A stretch of DNA of 64,000 nucleotides, taken from assembly GCA_044892525.1 (NCBI GenBank), contig CM097885.1, positions 208,258,001 through 208,322,000 on the forward strand, given 5' to 3'. Positions 49,962-61,540 of the stretch are shown in pieces (the first letter of the stretch is position 1; every line of letters starts with the position of its first letter). Source of the stretch: Schmidtea polychroa (lineage: Eukaryota). A program made the position numbers and the translations under genes. The notes beneath the pieces are model-generated. The model did no database searches and was not told where the DNA came from. It saw nothing but the letters and a program-made list of their open reading frames with translations.

Positions 49962-51017
49962 TGTTGGGTTTTGGATTATTTCAAGTCGGTTCTCTCTGAC
50001 TCCTGTGTCCTTTAAATCAAAACAATGAACGACCCAACGTATATTGAAACAACAGGTTCACAATTTATTATCACGCTACAATTACCAATCAAAGTTTTAT
50101 ACGATTCTCTGCTCGGCGTTAATGTTTTGCATACAAATAATATTCACCTTTTTGTCCTTTCGATTCTCTTGACTCTCGTTTTCCTCGGTTTCTGTTTGGT
50201 TTGATTCCTTTTCACCTTTTCGTATTCTTAATTCTATTTCTTCTCCCTACTTCCCTAAATTCGTTTTTACCTCTCGACTATTCTCGATTCTTCTTACCCT
50301 ACCTGAGGCAAAATGCCGATTTTCTCTGATTTTCCCTTTGCTTATATACTCCTCGAAATCCGGATGACAAATGGTTATTGCCGAGCCAATCTTTCGTTTG
50401 ACATTTTCTCCTACGTGTTTGCTTCGGCTGTCACCCATAATGGTCCAACGAATCCAGATAATTAATGGCCCTACCAGTCTTCCTACGCGCGCTATCTTCT
50501 CCTTACTCTTTTCCCATTAATCTTTGTGTCAAGCTAATGGGCCCAAATCTTCCTTTTGTTTGCCTTTCTTCTTGTTTACCCAGCTCGGGTTTCCTTTATC
50601 TCTCGGGTTCTCCATTGGCTCGAGTTTCCCATTAGCTCGGGTTTTCCATTAGCCAATTAATTAATTAATTAACGTTTTCTGTTTCCATACGTTTGAATGT
50701 TTTTCGACTCTTCCTAACCCTTTTCTGATAAATCCCTAACCATCATCTTGTTGACCATTAGCTAATCTATACCTGTCCCGTTTTTCCCATTCGATTTCGA
50801 TGATTTTTCCCTTTATTGATTTTTCTCGGATTTCCGGATTCTCGCCTTTCGTAATTGCTTTTGGCATTTTCTAATACTGTTTCCATCACACTTTCCTTTA
50901 CTATTGATTCTGTGCACGATCCCGCTTTTATTTGCCTTTTTTCCTCGCTTACTTTCCATTTGAATTATTATTCTAAATTTTATTTAAATTTTCAATTTTA
51001 ATTTACGGACCTCAACA
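49962..51017 (-). mobile_element. Complete solo LTR-like insertion (1056 bp) with 4-bp TSD TAAT
   Basis: Plus-strand TGTTGGG at 49962 and CCTCAACA ending 51017; TAAT at 49958-49961 and 51018-51021. Carries the family GAGTCAGA 3' motif and AATGGGAAACCCGAGC-type repeats. Confidence 0.8.
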
Positions 51018-51064
51018 TAATGATTTTATGATCAAATTCAAATACTAATGGTAGATGAATATTT

Positions 51065-51561
51065 ATGATATGTCTTTATATTCACTCCGCCGAATATATA
51101 GGGTCGTTTAAACGAAAAATTGATACGCTGGAGGGAACATGGTTTACTCCTGCCAGTATGAAGGAGGCTCGCATGAAAATTCTCCGTCTTGAAAATTGCC
51201 GCGACAGCTTGTTGCAAGAGAATCTGAGCCAGAGATTCACCATCAAGGCACAATCGGCTGCCCTTCATCGCATATACTCAGACGCTGAACTAAAAGCGAG
51301 AGTAGCAGAATACCCAATAACGGACAAGGGAAATCTTTTCCCACTCATCATGATTTAACTCTCCTAAGGCCCGATCCATCTCTTTGTTGCAGTGCACACG
51401 GCCCAACTCCGGCATCTCCAATTCTCACCGACATCGTTAAGGCCTCTACGTCAACAACTGTACCGCCAGTCACTACTTCATCAAATCCGTCAACGTCGCA
51501 GCCAGTCGTTTTGCCTGGAAAACAGAAGAGGAAGAAACGGCTAACACGGGCCGAGAAAATC
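51065..51561 (+). pseudogene. Family-X copy, frameshifted (~51340) and 3'-truncated
   Basis: KRKIDTLEGTWFTPASMKEARMKILRLENCRD..RFTIKAQSAALHRIY..NLFP (frameshift) HHD..KRKKRLTRAEK, then replaced by AT-rich DNA. Confidence 0.8.
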
Positions 51562-52086
51562 ATAAAAGTTAAAATTTATAAAATTATATTCCGATATGAG
51601 GATAGAAATAGTATATATTAATATAATTGTTATTGCATAAGTAATTTGGGGAATCAACAGAAATGTTTCGAGTTATCCTTTTAATTATAAGATGGTGGAA
51701 AGACATCAATTATCATTATAAATTATATACAAATAATCGTCAAAAGTATGATATATGATTAGATAATCGTAAAATTAATCCAGTAGGTGGGAAAATTTGA
51801 GTTTGGTATATGGTTGGCAACTTTTAAAGTTAGGGTTTATAATTTAGATAAAACATAGAATTATAACTCGCTTTTGAATGTATGGGTGGAAAAGGGTTTA
51901 CTATATAAAATTTTAAATAATAAGTTTTATTAATTATGTAAATGAAGAAATTAAATTTCATTGACATTAGATGAATGAATTTGGATAAGATGTAGATTAT
52001 AGATCCTGAGTTGCGTATATGCATTTCGAAATTTTTGCCGAAAATTATTAACATGATTGTCCTTCTAGTTCGTGAATTTTTCATTT

Positions 52087-52900
52087 TGTTGGGTTATTGA
52101 GTTGGTGATAAATTTAAATGTTACTCTGACTCCAAGCGTGTCTTTATACGATTCACAAATAACACTTGACAACAGAAATCTTTATTGATAATCACAAATA
52201 CACTTTCTCTTTACACTGACAATAAATTCAACACTCTGCTTGGTGACTATACAATTCTTATTACAACACTCGGTGAGGAATAGCACTTGTGTATAACACC
52301 GGATTAAAAGATCAAAAATTACTGATTGGTTTCTAAACTGGGATTTTGAGCTGGTTGTTTTCTTTGACTTTCTTCCAAATTTTATTCAAATAATCAAATA
52401 ACTTCTTTTCGTTTTATTATTCAACTAATTCTTTTCTTCAACTCTTCTCCAATAATTATTTTCCACAATTATTTCCTTTACTGATTGGATAATTTCCCTC
52501 TGAATTCCCAGTTTGTTTATCCTTCCAAATTGCCGCGCTCGGGTTCGCCATTGTCTCGGACTTCCCATATGCACGGGTTTCTCATTAGCCAATTAATTAA
52601 TTAATTAATATTTTGTGTTTTTTCATATTTGCCTATTTACGACCCTTTCTAAACATTTTCTAACAATTTCTTGCTCACTGTCTTCTTCACCCTCTCCTAA
52701 TTTACCCCTCTTCCGTTTTCCAGCTTCAATTTCGATAACATTTCACTTTATTCCACTTCCTCAGGTTTGCGCATTTTTTCATTTCGTGTTTGACTGCACC
52801 CTTTTATAGTTCTGTTTTTATCATATCTTTCTTTGCCATTACTTCTCTGCTTGACGGCCATTCAATTTCGGTTTTCCTTTTATTTATTTTTAAAACTTAA
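52087..52900 (-). mobile_element. LTR-like unit, 5' end not found
   Basis: Reverse complement ends ..GAGTCAGAGT..ATAACCCAACA; 52500-52610 matches 5160-5300. Confidence 0.7.
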
Positions 52901-53030
52901 ACAAGATAATTTTAATCGTAAATACTGATAAATAAAGTCTTATTATCACTAAAAAATTTAGATTAGATGACGTTTTCTCCAAGAAAATTGAAAAATAAAA
53001 TTCATGTAAAGCTAAAGAGAATAATCGTAC

Positions 53031-53700
53031 TGTTGGGCTGAGTCGAAGACTTAATTGTTAAAAAATAGGGAAATAAGAAAGCAGGACGTTAAAGGAAAAT
53101 AAAAATAAAATAAACGAAATTAAGAATAAAATAGAATAAGATATAAGAAGATAATAATTAGGATATAAAAATTAAAACAAAAAATTAAAATAAGAAAAAA
53201 TTAAAATAGAACAATAAATTGACAAATAGATGATGTAAAGTTTAATAAATAATAAGGAAATTAAGGAAATAAATAGAAAATATATTAAAAATAAAGAAAA
53301 TAAGGAAAAATAACCTAAAAACAGAAAAAAATATATTAAATTGAAAAAATAAGCGGTACTCAACTCTGATTGGCCGCACAAATAAGAATTTGCTATATAT
53401 ACAGCCACCAAAATCATTAAATTTACTGTTAACCCCAAGCATTTTATAGGTAAGAGAGAATGTCTAAATTAGACTGTTAACCCCAAGCATTTTATAGAGA
53501 CAACTACAACTTACAGAGTCTTACTCAAGGATCAGGACTACTAGTAGAGCAACAATTAATTCGGAAACTTCACAGCAACTCGAAATCAGTTCAAAGTTAG
53601 ATACCATCTGCCACAGCGATCGACATTCAAAGAACCATCATCAGACCAATTTAGAACGACTAACATTAATTTTTCGATTCAGCCTTATTCGATAGTAAGG
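53031..53700 (+). promoter_or_regulatory. TGTTGGG-initiated promoter-like unit with 5' exon and donors
   Basis: CTGATTGG 53366, TATATAT 53394, GTAAG donors at ~53450 and ~53695; homologous to 49410-49840. Confidence 0.6.
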
Positions 53701-54079
53701 AAATTTTATTTACGTTATTTATTTTAAAGGTTAACAGTAGTTATGAATATTTGAATGAATAATTATAAGATTTAATTTAAAACACTCTCTCTTTTCATTT
53801 GATCCCTATTAATGTTTTTGATTTAGTAAATGATTGAATTATTTAAAAGTATTTACTCGTAATAAATGATTTATTGATGAATTTCGTTATGATTAGTATT
53901 ATGAGTTATTATTTCATTGTGGTTAACTTAATGAGTAACGTGGAGTTGAGAGACTCCGGATCATGGTGTGAGGTGCCTTCGGGAGCTCAGCCGGTGGATC
54001 TGAAGTTTTTCAATCACGCAGCTAGATTGGGCCGAAATGTGAAGGCTTCTTCACGGGTCCAATCGCTGAAGGTGACTTA

Positions 54080-54900
54080 AAATGAATATAGGAAAGTAGA
54101 AACGAAGGGGTGTAGTGGCATCTGATTTATTGGAATAGTAGTAGTGGTTCACAGTGACTGAGCGAGTCTAAATTCTTCACATCTACAACAGCTCTGTAGT
54201 TCTCGTATTTGCGAGATTCATTATCACCATCAACCATAGGTTCCAGGCGGTTTAATTTCTTTAGCAGGACAAGCATCATCTATCAACCAATTATTTTCGT
54301 CTTTTCGAAATAGTCACTCGCACTCGATTTTAACAACGAATCCAGTTTTACAGCACTTCCTCTGACAGTAGGATAAGCATATAGTAGAACATAATACTAT
54401 CGAAAATTGTAATTGAAGAATAAGCCGATACATGTAAAAGATTTTTATTCAAGTACAAAAGGAAAACTATTTTTGAAATACCTGTATATGAGCCAATGCA
54501 TGAAAAATTTAAATTATTTAACTTCCAGAAATAGTCGCCATCAACGAATTGAGATAGGTAGAGACATCCAGAATAGTTGAAATAAACTTCCACGAAGCGA
54601 TATATCCAACAATAGTGATGAGCGAGAATTGATGCTTAGATTTTTCATGTTAGAGAGGACCAGCATAGTGTAATCTAGCATCAGCAAAACAAATCCAGAA
54701 TGCTAATCGGGTTAAAATGTAGTAGAGCAACTATACTCACACACGCGTAAACACATGTAGTACGAGTTCAGTAGCAGATCCATCTGGGATACTCATCGGC
54801 GATAACACAACGATTTTTCTACTCAATCATGTGGGAATTTTCCATGTGACACACTCATTAGGTTATTTCCATGATTTGACTCAGCAGTAGGTAAATTCGC
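54080..54900 (-). pseudogene. Degenerate tandem MATH-like ORF (tentative)
   Basis: CVTWKIP..KIVVLSP..LVLHVF, then DGDYFWKLNNLNF..KIVFLLYLNKNLLHVSAY resemble two MATH starts; several stops. Confidence 0.35.
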
Positions 54901-56079
54901 ATTAAGCAATTAGCATGAGAAGTTCCACCCAGTGTGTAACATCTAGTCTCAGCCTATAGATAAGAATCATCAGCCAGAGAGAAATTTACACTGGTTACTG
55001 ATAACCGATAGCGTGCGGTTGTATATTTTAATTCCAAATTTTGGGAACTTTTAAATTTAATACGTATGAATGATGATTAATTAAATTTAATTAACCAGCG
55101 GAATCTGCCAAACCTACATATTAAATAATTTTCTTTTGTAAAGTAGTCCTTTATTTTTGTTAGAGTTCTTGAATGCGATTTAACAATTTTCAAGGAAAGT
55201 TTAATTATTAATAATTTCACATAAATATAGAGCTTCCATTTTCTAACAATAATGCATTACCTTCATTAGGCAAAGTTATATTGTCGGTTGATTTTTGTAA
55301 GTAATTAATCCAAACGGACTAAAGATCGATCATATGTGGGGGGGGGGGGGGAGATATGAAAATTTTCATGTAGGCACCCGTAATGCTGATTTTGTCATCT
55401 GCCATAACGATAGAAATTTTTACATTCGTGAGTTAATAGCGGATAAGTGTAGTGAAATGGCAGCTGACCTGAGACTGCTACTCCCAAGCTGTGTTTTTCT
55501 GTCATATCGCTGAGATAGAGATTGGCTCATACTATCATGAAAATCAACTAGACCGATGTGTTGAGGTACAGAATTCACAAAGTTCATTCATCAAAAAATC
55601 ACCAACTAATTATCTTGAATACTTAGAATAATTTTAAATTTAGATTTTACAATTAACTCCAGTAATTTCGTTCAGTAAACGTAATAGATAATTATTCAAT
55701 TTTTCATTATGTCATGACAAGTAATACAACGACATTCTTATTAAAGAGTATTTTCACATTTTTGTTTTACTATTGTTTTAAATATTATAAATCTTACAAC
55801 CAGACCGTATAGAAACTTACAGGGAGAAGGGTTAAAGTTAGTAAAGGTATCCCATGGAGAGTTTTCAGTTAAATCAAATTGCATTCGCCAAGTCCATATT
55901 ATTTGCCGAATTAACTAGTATTTGTCAAGTTAGCATTATTTAGCTAAATAAGTCTTCTGTAAATGATCATAACTAGGTTGTAAAGGGAGTTCTTTCTGTT
56001 TGACAGTCGAGTATCCACGAGGGGTCAGTTAATCGTGTTCAATGTATTTTCAAATCTTGCATGTACCTTTATAGCGATC

Positions 56080-56829
56080 ATGATACCAACTGCCAAGCCC
56101 GCGTTACGTCCGTGCTTCTCCTGCTCGGATAAGAATGCGATTATAAAGGATCTGCAGGCCCAGATCGGGCGATACAAAAAGAAGATAGATGAGTTGGAGG
56201 GCACCTTGTTCAGCCCCGCTCAGATGAAGGAGACCCAGAAAAAGCTGTATCGCAGCGAACACTGTCGTGACGCTCTCATCTCGGAGAGTCGTTCACAAAG
56301 GAGCTTGATAAAGGAGCAGTCCGAAGCACTGCAAAAGGTTTATTTACAGGCAGCGACCACCAGAAAGATTGTGAACATTCCCATTCGCGAAGCCGATGAG
56401 CTCTTTCCGGCGCACCATGATACTTCTGCCGAATTGCCGTCTTCTTCCAAGAAATCTTGCCGACAGTGTGTAGAAACGGAACTCTCACCAAAAGACCCAG
56501 ATCTCATCATCACGGGAACGAGCAGAGTACAAAGTGAAAACGCACCTACTGATACTGTGCCACAGAGAAATCAATCAACGTCGAAACCAAAGCGTAAGCA
56601 GTTATCGCGGGCAGAGCGTAAGAGACGACAGCGCGAACGAGCGAACATCCAGCAAAACACCACCGTGATGGAACCCCCAACTCCCCGAAACGTCAACCCC
56701 GCAGTGATAGATCTAACCACCGGAATCCCAGCACGGATTATCTCGGCTGCTGGCGTAGTATGGGAGGAAAATGACTCCGAATTTTTCGACATCGACGAAT
56801 TATTACGGGATACCGAGTGGGAAAAGTGA
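56080..56829 (+). CDS. Family-X intact member, 249 aa, unknown function
   Basis: Uninterrupted GC-rich ORF in AT-rich surroundings. RPCFSCSDKNA, coiled coil, LEGTLFSP..MKE, LFPAHH, KPKRKQLSRAERKRR, acidic tail FFDIDELLRDTEWEK. Two close and two distant paralogues in the window. Confidence 0.8.
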   Translation: MIPTAKPALRPCFSCSDKNAIIKDLQAQIGRYKKKIDELEGTLFSPAQMKETQKKLYRSEHCRDALISESRSQRSLIKEQSEALQKVYLQAATTRKIVNIPIREADELFPAHHDTSAELPSSSKKSCRQCVETELSPKDPDLIITGTSRVQSENAPTDTVPQRNQSTSKPKRKQLSRAERKRRQRERANIQQNTTVMEPPTPRNVNPAVIDLTTGIPARIISAAGVVWEENDSEFFDIDELLRDTEWEK

Positions 56830-57085
56830 GAAACTCTAGCAGAGAGTTTAGTGACTATCACCTCTATCATTAGGATTGTATGTGATTCTCTGTCGTACCA
56901 TCTATCTGTACATATGGATCTTCTGTTGTTTTAAGAATGAAATACATTTATTCCTGTTCCTTTTATTTATTTCTGTTAGTGAGGGTTAGACATAAAAATA
57001 TATACCCAAATGTTCTGAAGTTGGATGAGAGTCAGCCAATTTGCATTCGATTTACCGAAAATGAGAGATTTGGATAATTCGAAAC

Positions 57086-57230
57086 GACGTAAGACCTTCT
57101 ATCGGCCGTCTAGTGCGGGAAGTCGAGACCTCAGTAAGGAGTAGTTTTAAGGCAGAAGCTCACCTGCTTACTGGCGTCTCGCCGGCATAGTGCAGTATCA
57201 ACGTGAAGCAGTTCACGGGCCCTATGTTGG
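57086..57230 (+). ncRNA. Conserved structured module, copy C
   Basis: Core CCGGCATAGTGC-AGTATCAA-CGTGAA(GCAG)TTCACG-G-GCCCTATGTTGG at 57182-57230, with two G-U pairs. Confidence 0.7.
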
Positions 57231-57439
57231 AGTGTAAGTTATGCGGGGTCCTACTCAGTGTTGGAAAAAGTAGAGTATTTTTGGTAGAATGGGCAATCAA
57301 CCCTTAGACTAGCCACAAACGAAATAGCCAACCGAGTTACCACCCCAGCAGTACCATAAAAAGTAATTACCTATTGGGTAACCTTCCTTGCGATAAACTA
57401 ATATCTTGAAAAAAATGTGCAAATATAGTGACTAATTGT

Positions 57440-57547
57440 AATTGTGGTAAAAGTTGAATAATGCTGTTGAGTTGGGATCTAGTTATTTGTTTCAAAAAGG
57501 ACACGAGGAGTCAGAAACAACCGACTTTAATAAATCATAACCCAACA
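57440..57547 (+). mobile_element. LTR-like 3' end
   Basis: AAGGACACGAGGAGTCAGA..CCGACTTT..AACCCAACA. Confidence 0.7.
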
Positions 57548-59044
57548 TTATTATCGTTATTATTAAGTGGGTTGTAAAAGACATTTGATCGAAATATTGC
57601 GTGGTTATTTCGAGAAACGAAATTAAAAAAAACATCTAACAGAAATAATAGGACTAAAATTGTCCCAGTATTCCATAATAAATGGAAACAGGTTCCTATA
57701 AAAGCTACTAACAAAACTTTAAATTGCAAGTGGTCGATGCTAAGAAAATATTTAATTATAAATATATTTACTGAATAGGCAAATTTACTGAAAACAGAGA
57801 CGAAATTGAAATCAATTTATTCGAATAAAGTTAGCCAATCATTATTTATATTTGATTAGAAGGTGCATTCCAATGTCTATCTACCTCAACATTGGTTAAT
57901 TGTTGAAAGATCAAAGTATATTCAATTTGAGTTTGAATAAAAATTATTTTGTTGGGATTCGAAAATTGATTTTGATTGAAACAAAATTTATATCGACAAT
58001 TTTTTAGTATCACAACAAAAACTACACAAATTTAAGAATTACTTTCGAAAGGTTCCGCGTATAATATCACTTACCAAATAAAAGTTCCGTCAACTAGCAA
58101 ATAATCAAAACTATAAAAAGTTTGAACTACAAACACTTATTATTTTGAATTCAAAATTTTAAAAATTATATTTAATAATATTGCCGATATTTGTATATAC
58201 AAAAATTAGCTTTAATGATTTTGTGTTCATTACATTTATTAATAAGTAATTAATTAAATTATCCATTCATTTTCAGATTTTATTAGAAATATTCTAGTAG
58301 TATTTTGGTAATTTAGTAAAACATTTTAAGTATTTTATCTGTTTTATGCACCAGTGCGGATATAGTCACGGAAAGTCTAACCCAGCGTCTGATAATACGG
58401 CGATAACACAGATGTTGTTGAGAAGATACGCGGAAACGTCAGCACAAATTATGGTGTAAGATTTGTCAACAACACCATAGCTTTAATTCGGAAAATTCAT
58501 AAATAAAGATGTAATAAATTATTTAACGATCTTTTATAAAAAAATAATGATTACATTATTCTTCATCAATTAAAGTAAACAATAAATAATTAAGAAATTT
58601 TTAAAATAATATAAAACATGTATAAAGTTTACATCTAAAATTAACTTAAAATTAAATTAATATAAATGTATAAACTATTATTAAAATGTCATCATAGTGT
58701 TATATTGCTGTTTTCCCCTTAAATTCAAAAATATTAATAATTCTTATTCTTTTCAATTTATCAAAAATATTGTAAACAATACATATTTATAAAAAATTTA
58801 ATCAATAAAATAATTTAACTTGCTTTAATCATAAAAATTCATAATGAAAACTGTCTTGTAATGAGAAGTATAGTTGGGTTTGTCTCATCACAAATTTTGC
58901 TTTAGAGAAATTCAAATTTAGGTATTTCATTAAACAAAAATAAATTGATTTAATCTAAATGTATAAACTATTATTAAAATATTAAAAGAACTTTTTTTCT
59001 TCCAATTTCACCACTGATTATATTTTCCATTAAATATATTAAAA

Positions 59045-59195
59045 AGTGAATTTGAAGACTATAAATCGTTTTTTTATTGATACTTACGAATTTTCACTTG
59101 AAAAAAATTCACCAAATTCGCTTGAAAAGGCAGTGCCGAAAATTCATGAGTATCAACAAATATTGATATATTACTGATTCATAGTCTTCAAATTT
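59045..59195. repeat. Small fold-back repeat; arm also at 9985-10070 (inverted) and ~59240-59310
   Basis: TTTGAAGACTAT..ATAGTCTTCAAA inverted ends; TTGAAAAGGCAGTGCCGAAAAT..GAGTATCAACAAA is shared with 10020-10070. Confidence 0.6.
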
Positions 59196-59579
59196 TCTTT
59201 TTAATATATTATTAAAATGTCATTATCGTTAAAATATCAAAATCACTTGAAATAGGCTGTGTCGAAAATTCTTGAATATCAAAAAACATCGATATCATTA
59301 CTGAGTCCTAATCAAAGTTTTCGTAACGTTTCATTAAAACGTATCTTGTACTGGAAATATAAAGTTTTTAGAGCCGACGACGATTGTAATGATATCATCA
59401 CACATTATTAGTTTATATGCCTACATTTAGTCACGTATTATAGTTGCAACATTCTGGAACTACTGCATGTTTTGAATGACTATGTGGTTGAGGTTAAGTA
59501 ATTTATTTTCAAAAAATTTAAATTCAGACGTTACAGAGTTAATAAATATAAAGTTAATTAAAAATATATTAGTCATATG

Positions 59580-60021
59580 CAGGCCCATCGACAGCAATTC
59601 CGGGCGTCTAGGCAGAGAATTTCATGGCCCCTCAACAATTTTTAATCGTACAACACATAAAATAGCAAGTGACGTTTTATTTGACGTAGTAGCCTGTGGC
59701 CGGTGGGTGTGTTTTATAGTACACAAATGATACGCATGGTTTCAGTTTCAGTAATCATGGTTAGTAAATATAACAGGTTTTAATTCCAGTTGTAAAAAAC
59801 TCAAAACTTTATTTAGTTTATTTTTGAATATTGATACTGATGTTGATCTAACTACTTGTTGATGTTCGTTCAATTTATTCTGATGGAATTCAGATGCTTG
59901 AACTTTAAACTGATTGTAGTTAAGTCAACTTAAGTGTCAGTAATATTATATTGAAATACATAAAAAATCAGTCTCGAGTCCCTGGGCATTTGCACATTCG
60001 CTACCCACCTCGGCGGGCCTG
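59580..60021. mobile_element. hAT-type MITE (442 bp)
   Basis: Termini CAGGCCCATCG / CGGCGGGCCTG; 8-bp flanks GTCATATG and GTCAAATG (7/8 identical TSD). Confidence 0.8.
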
Positions 60022-60639
60022 GTCAAATGTATTTAAAGCAATTAATTTTAAATAAAAGTTTATAAAATATATAGTTTATTTGATAATTAAAGTTGATACA
60101 AAAATAATATTTAAACTTTTATTGCTTTACTAAGGAAAGAGGTTGTTTAGAATTGCTTGATTTATATTTATTAACATTTTGGAAAAGAAACTAAATGATG
60201 TTTATAGGTAAAATGGGTAGATAATAACCAAAGTAGTGACCAGTGTTACTTGACTGATAAAATTTTCGATAAACGGGAAGTTATTAACAATGAAATATCT
60301 AGAAATATTTTTCTTTATAGACAATTATAATAAATTATTCCTCAAAAATCACTTATTTGGATCTTATTTTTAATTTTATTCGGGTTTTAACTCATTTTTA
60401 AAATTTATTTTTGTACCACAGAATACCATTCAATAGTCTCAATTATAAATTATATATCATTTATTTATTTTAACTATTAATTTAACCCCGATGAATAGTG
60501 ATAAACTTACAAACATATTTAAAATATAATTCAAAAATGCATAATATAGAACCTGAAATTTTCCGTCTATTTGAAAATTTTAAAAATAGGAGAAAATTGA
60601 TAAGAGAAGACTGGCAACTTAATTATATGTGAGAAGGAC

Positions 60640-61540
60640 TCTTTGGCCGTATAGGTTTTTTGTAAATGAAATTCGACTCTCGATAAAAGCCACTACTTTA
60701 TAGGGCTACACTATATTTTTTGAGATTCGTACTATAGTGAGTGGGTATTTTAGGTCTTTAAAATATTTGAACATAAAATCCGATTCTCGCTAAAACCCCA
60801 TTGCTCCAGAGGGCTACACTATATATTTCCGCACTAAAGTCAAAGGATATTTTTGATCGCTGGATTTTTCTATACAAAAAGCCATTGCTCCAGATGGCTA
60901 CATTGTATTTTTTCACACTATAATGAGAGGGTTTCTTTGGGACCAATGGAATTTTTTGTACGCAAAATTCCGGTTTCGCTAAAAAAAACCACTGCTGCCG
61001 AGAGCCACAATATTTTTTTCACAATATATTTGGGTCTCTTAGATCTATGGATTTTTGTATACAAAATCCAACTGTCACTTGAACCCCCAAGGTATTTTTG
61101 AGGTTCCTGGATTTTTTGTATACAGAATCCAACAGTCACTAAAAAACCAAAGTATTTTTAATGCCTCGAGAACTTTTTACAAGAATTTTTGGTCAAGTAT
61201 TTAGAAAAATCGATGGCCACTTGAAATTTTGGAAATTATTTTAAATTGGGTAAATTAAAGTAAATTAAGGCATGTAGGTAGTTAGTGTATGGCAGCACGA
61301 CTATCTGGGGTACCCCACTCAGGAAAAAAATTGCATGTGGCAGCAATTACATAATATTTCTTCTGACTATCGTGAAAGGGTTTTGGTAATTTCTATACAA
61401 AATCCGATCCTCGTTAAAAGTCATGGATTTTCCTGACTATAGTGAGGCCTCGATGGGTTCTGGTAATTTCTATAGAAAAATCGATCCTCATTAAAAACGC
61501 CATGGATTCCTCTGATTGGTTTATCAACCGGACTTTGAGC
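60640..61540. repeat. Degenerate satellite-like array (~60-bp subunits)
   Basis: Recurring GGATTTTT(G/C)TATACAAAATCC, CCATTGCTCCAGA.GGCTACA and CTGACTAT.GTGA units. Confidence 0.7.

Noticed and set aside
5062-57547. Full-length LTR retrotransposon between any pair of LTR-like units
   Set aside because: No matching LTR pair with shared TSD, no PBS/PPT, and no gag, integrase or convincing RT between them.
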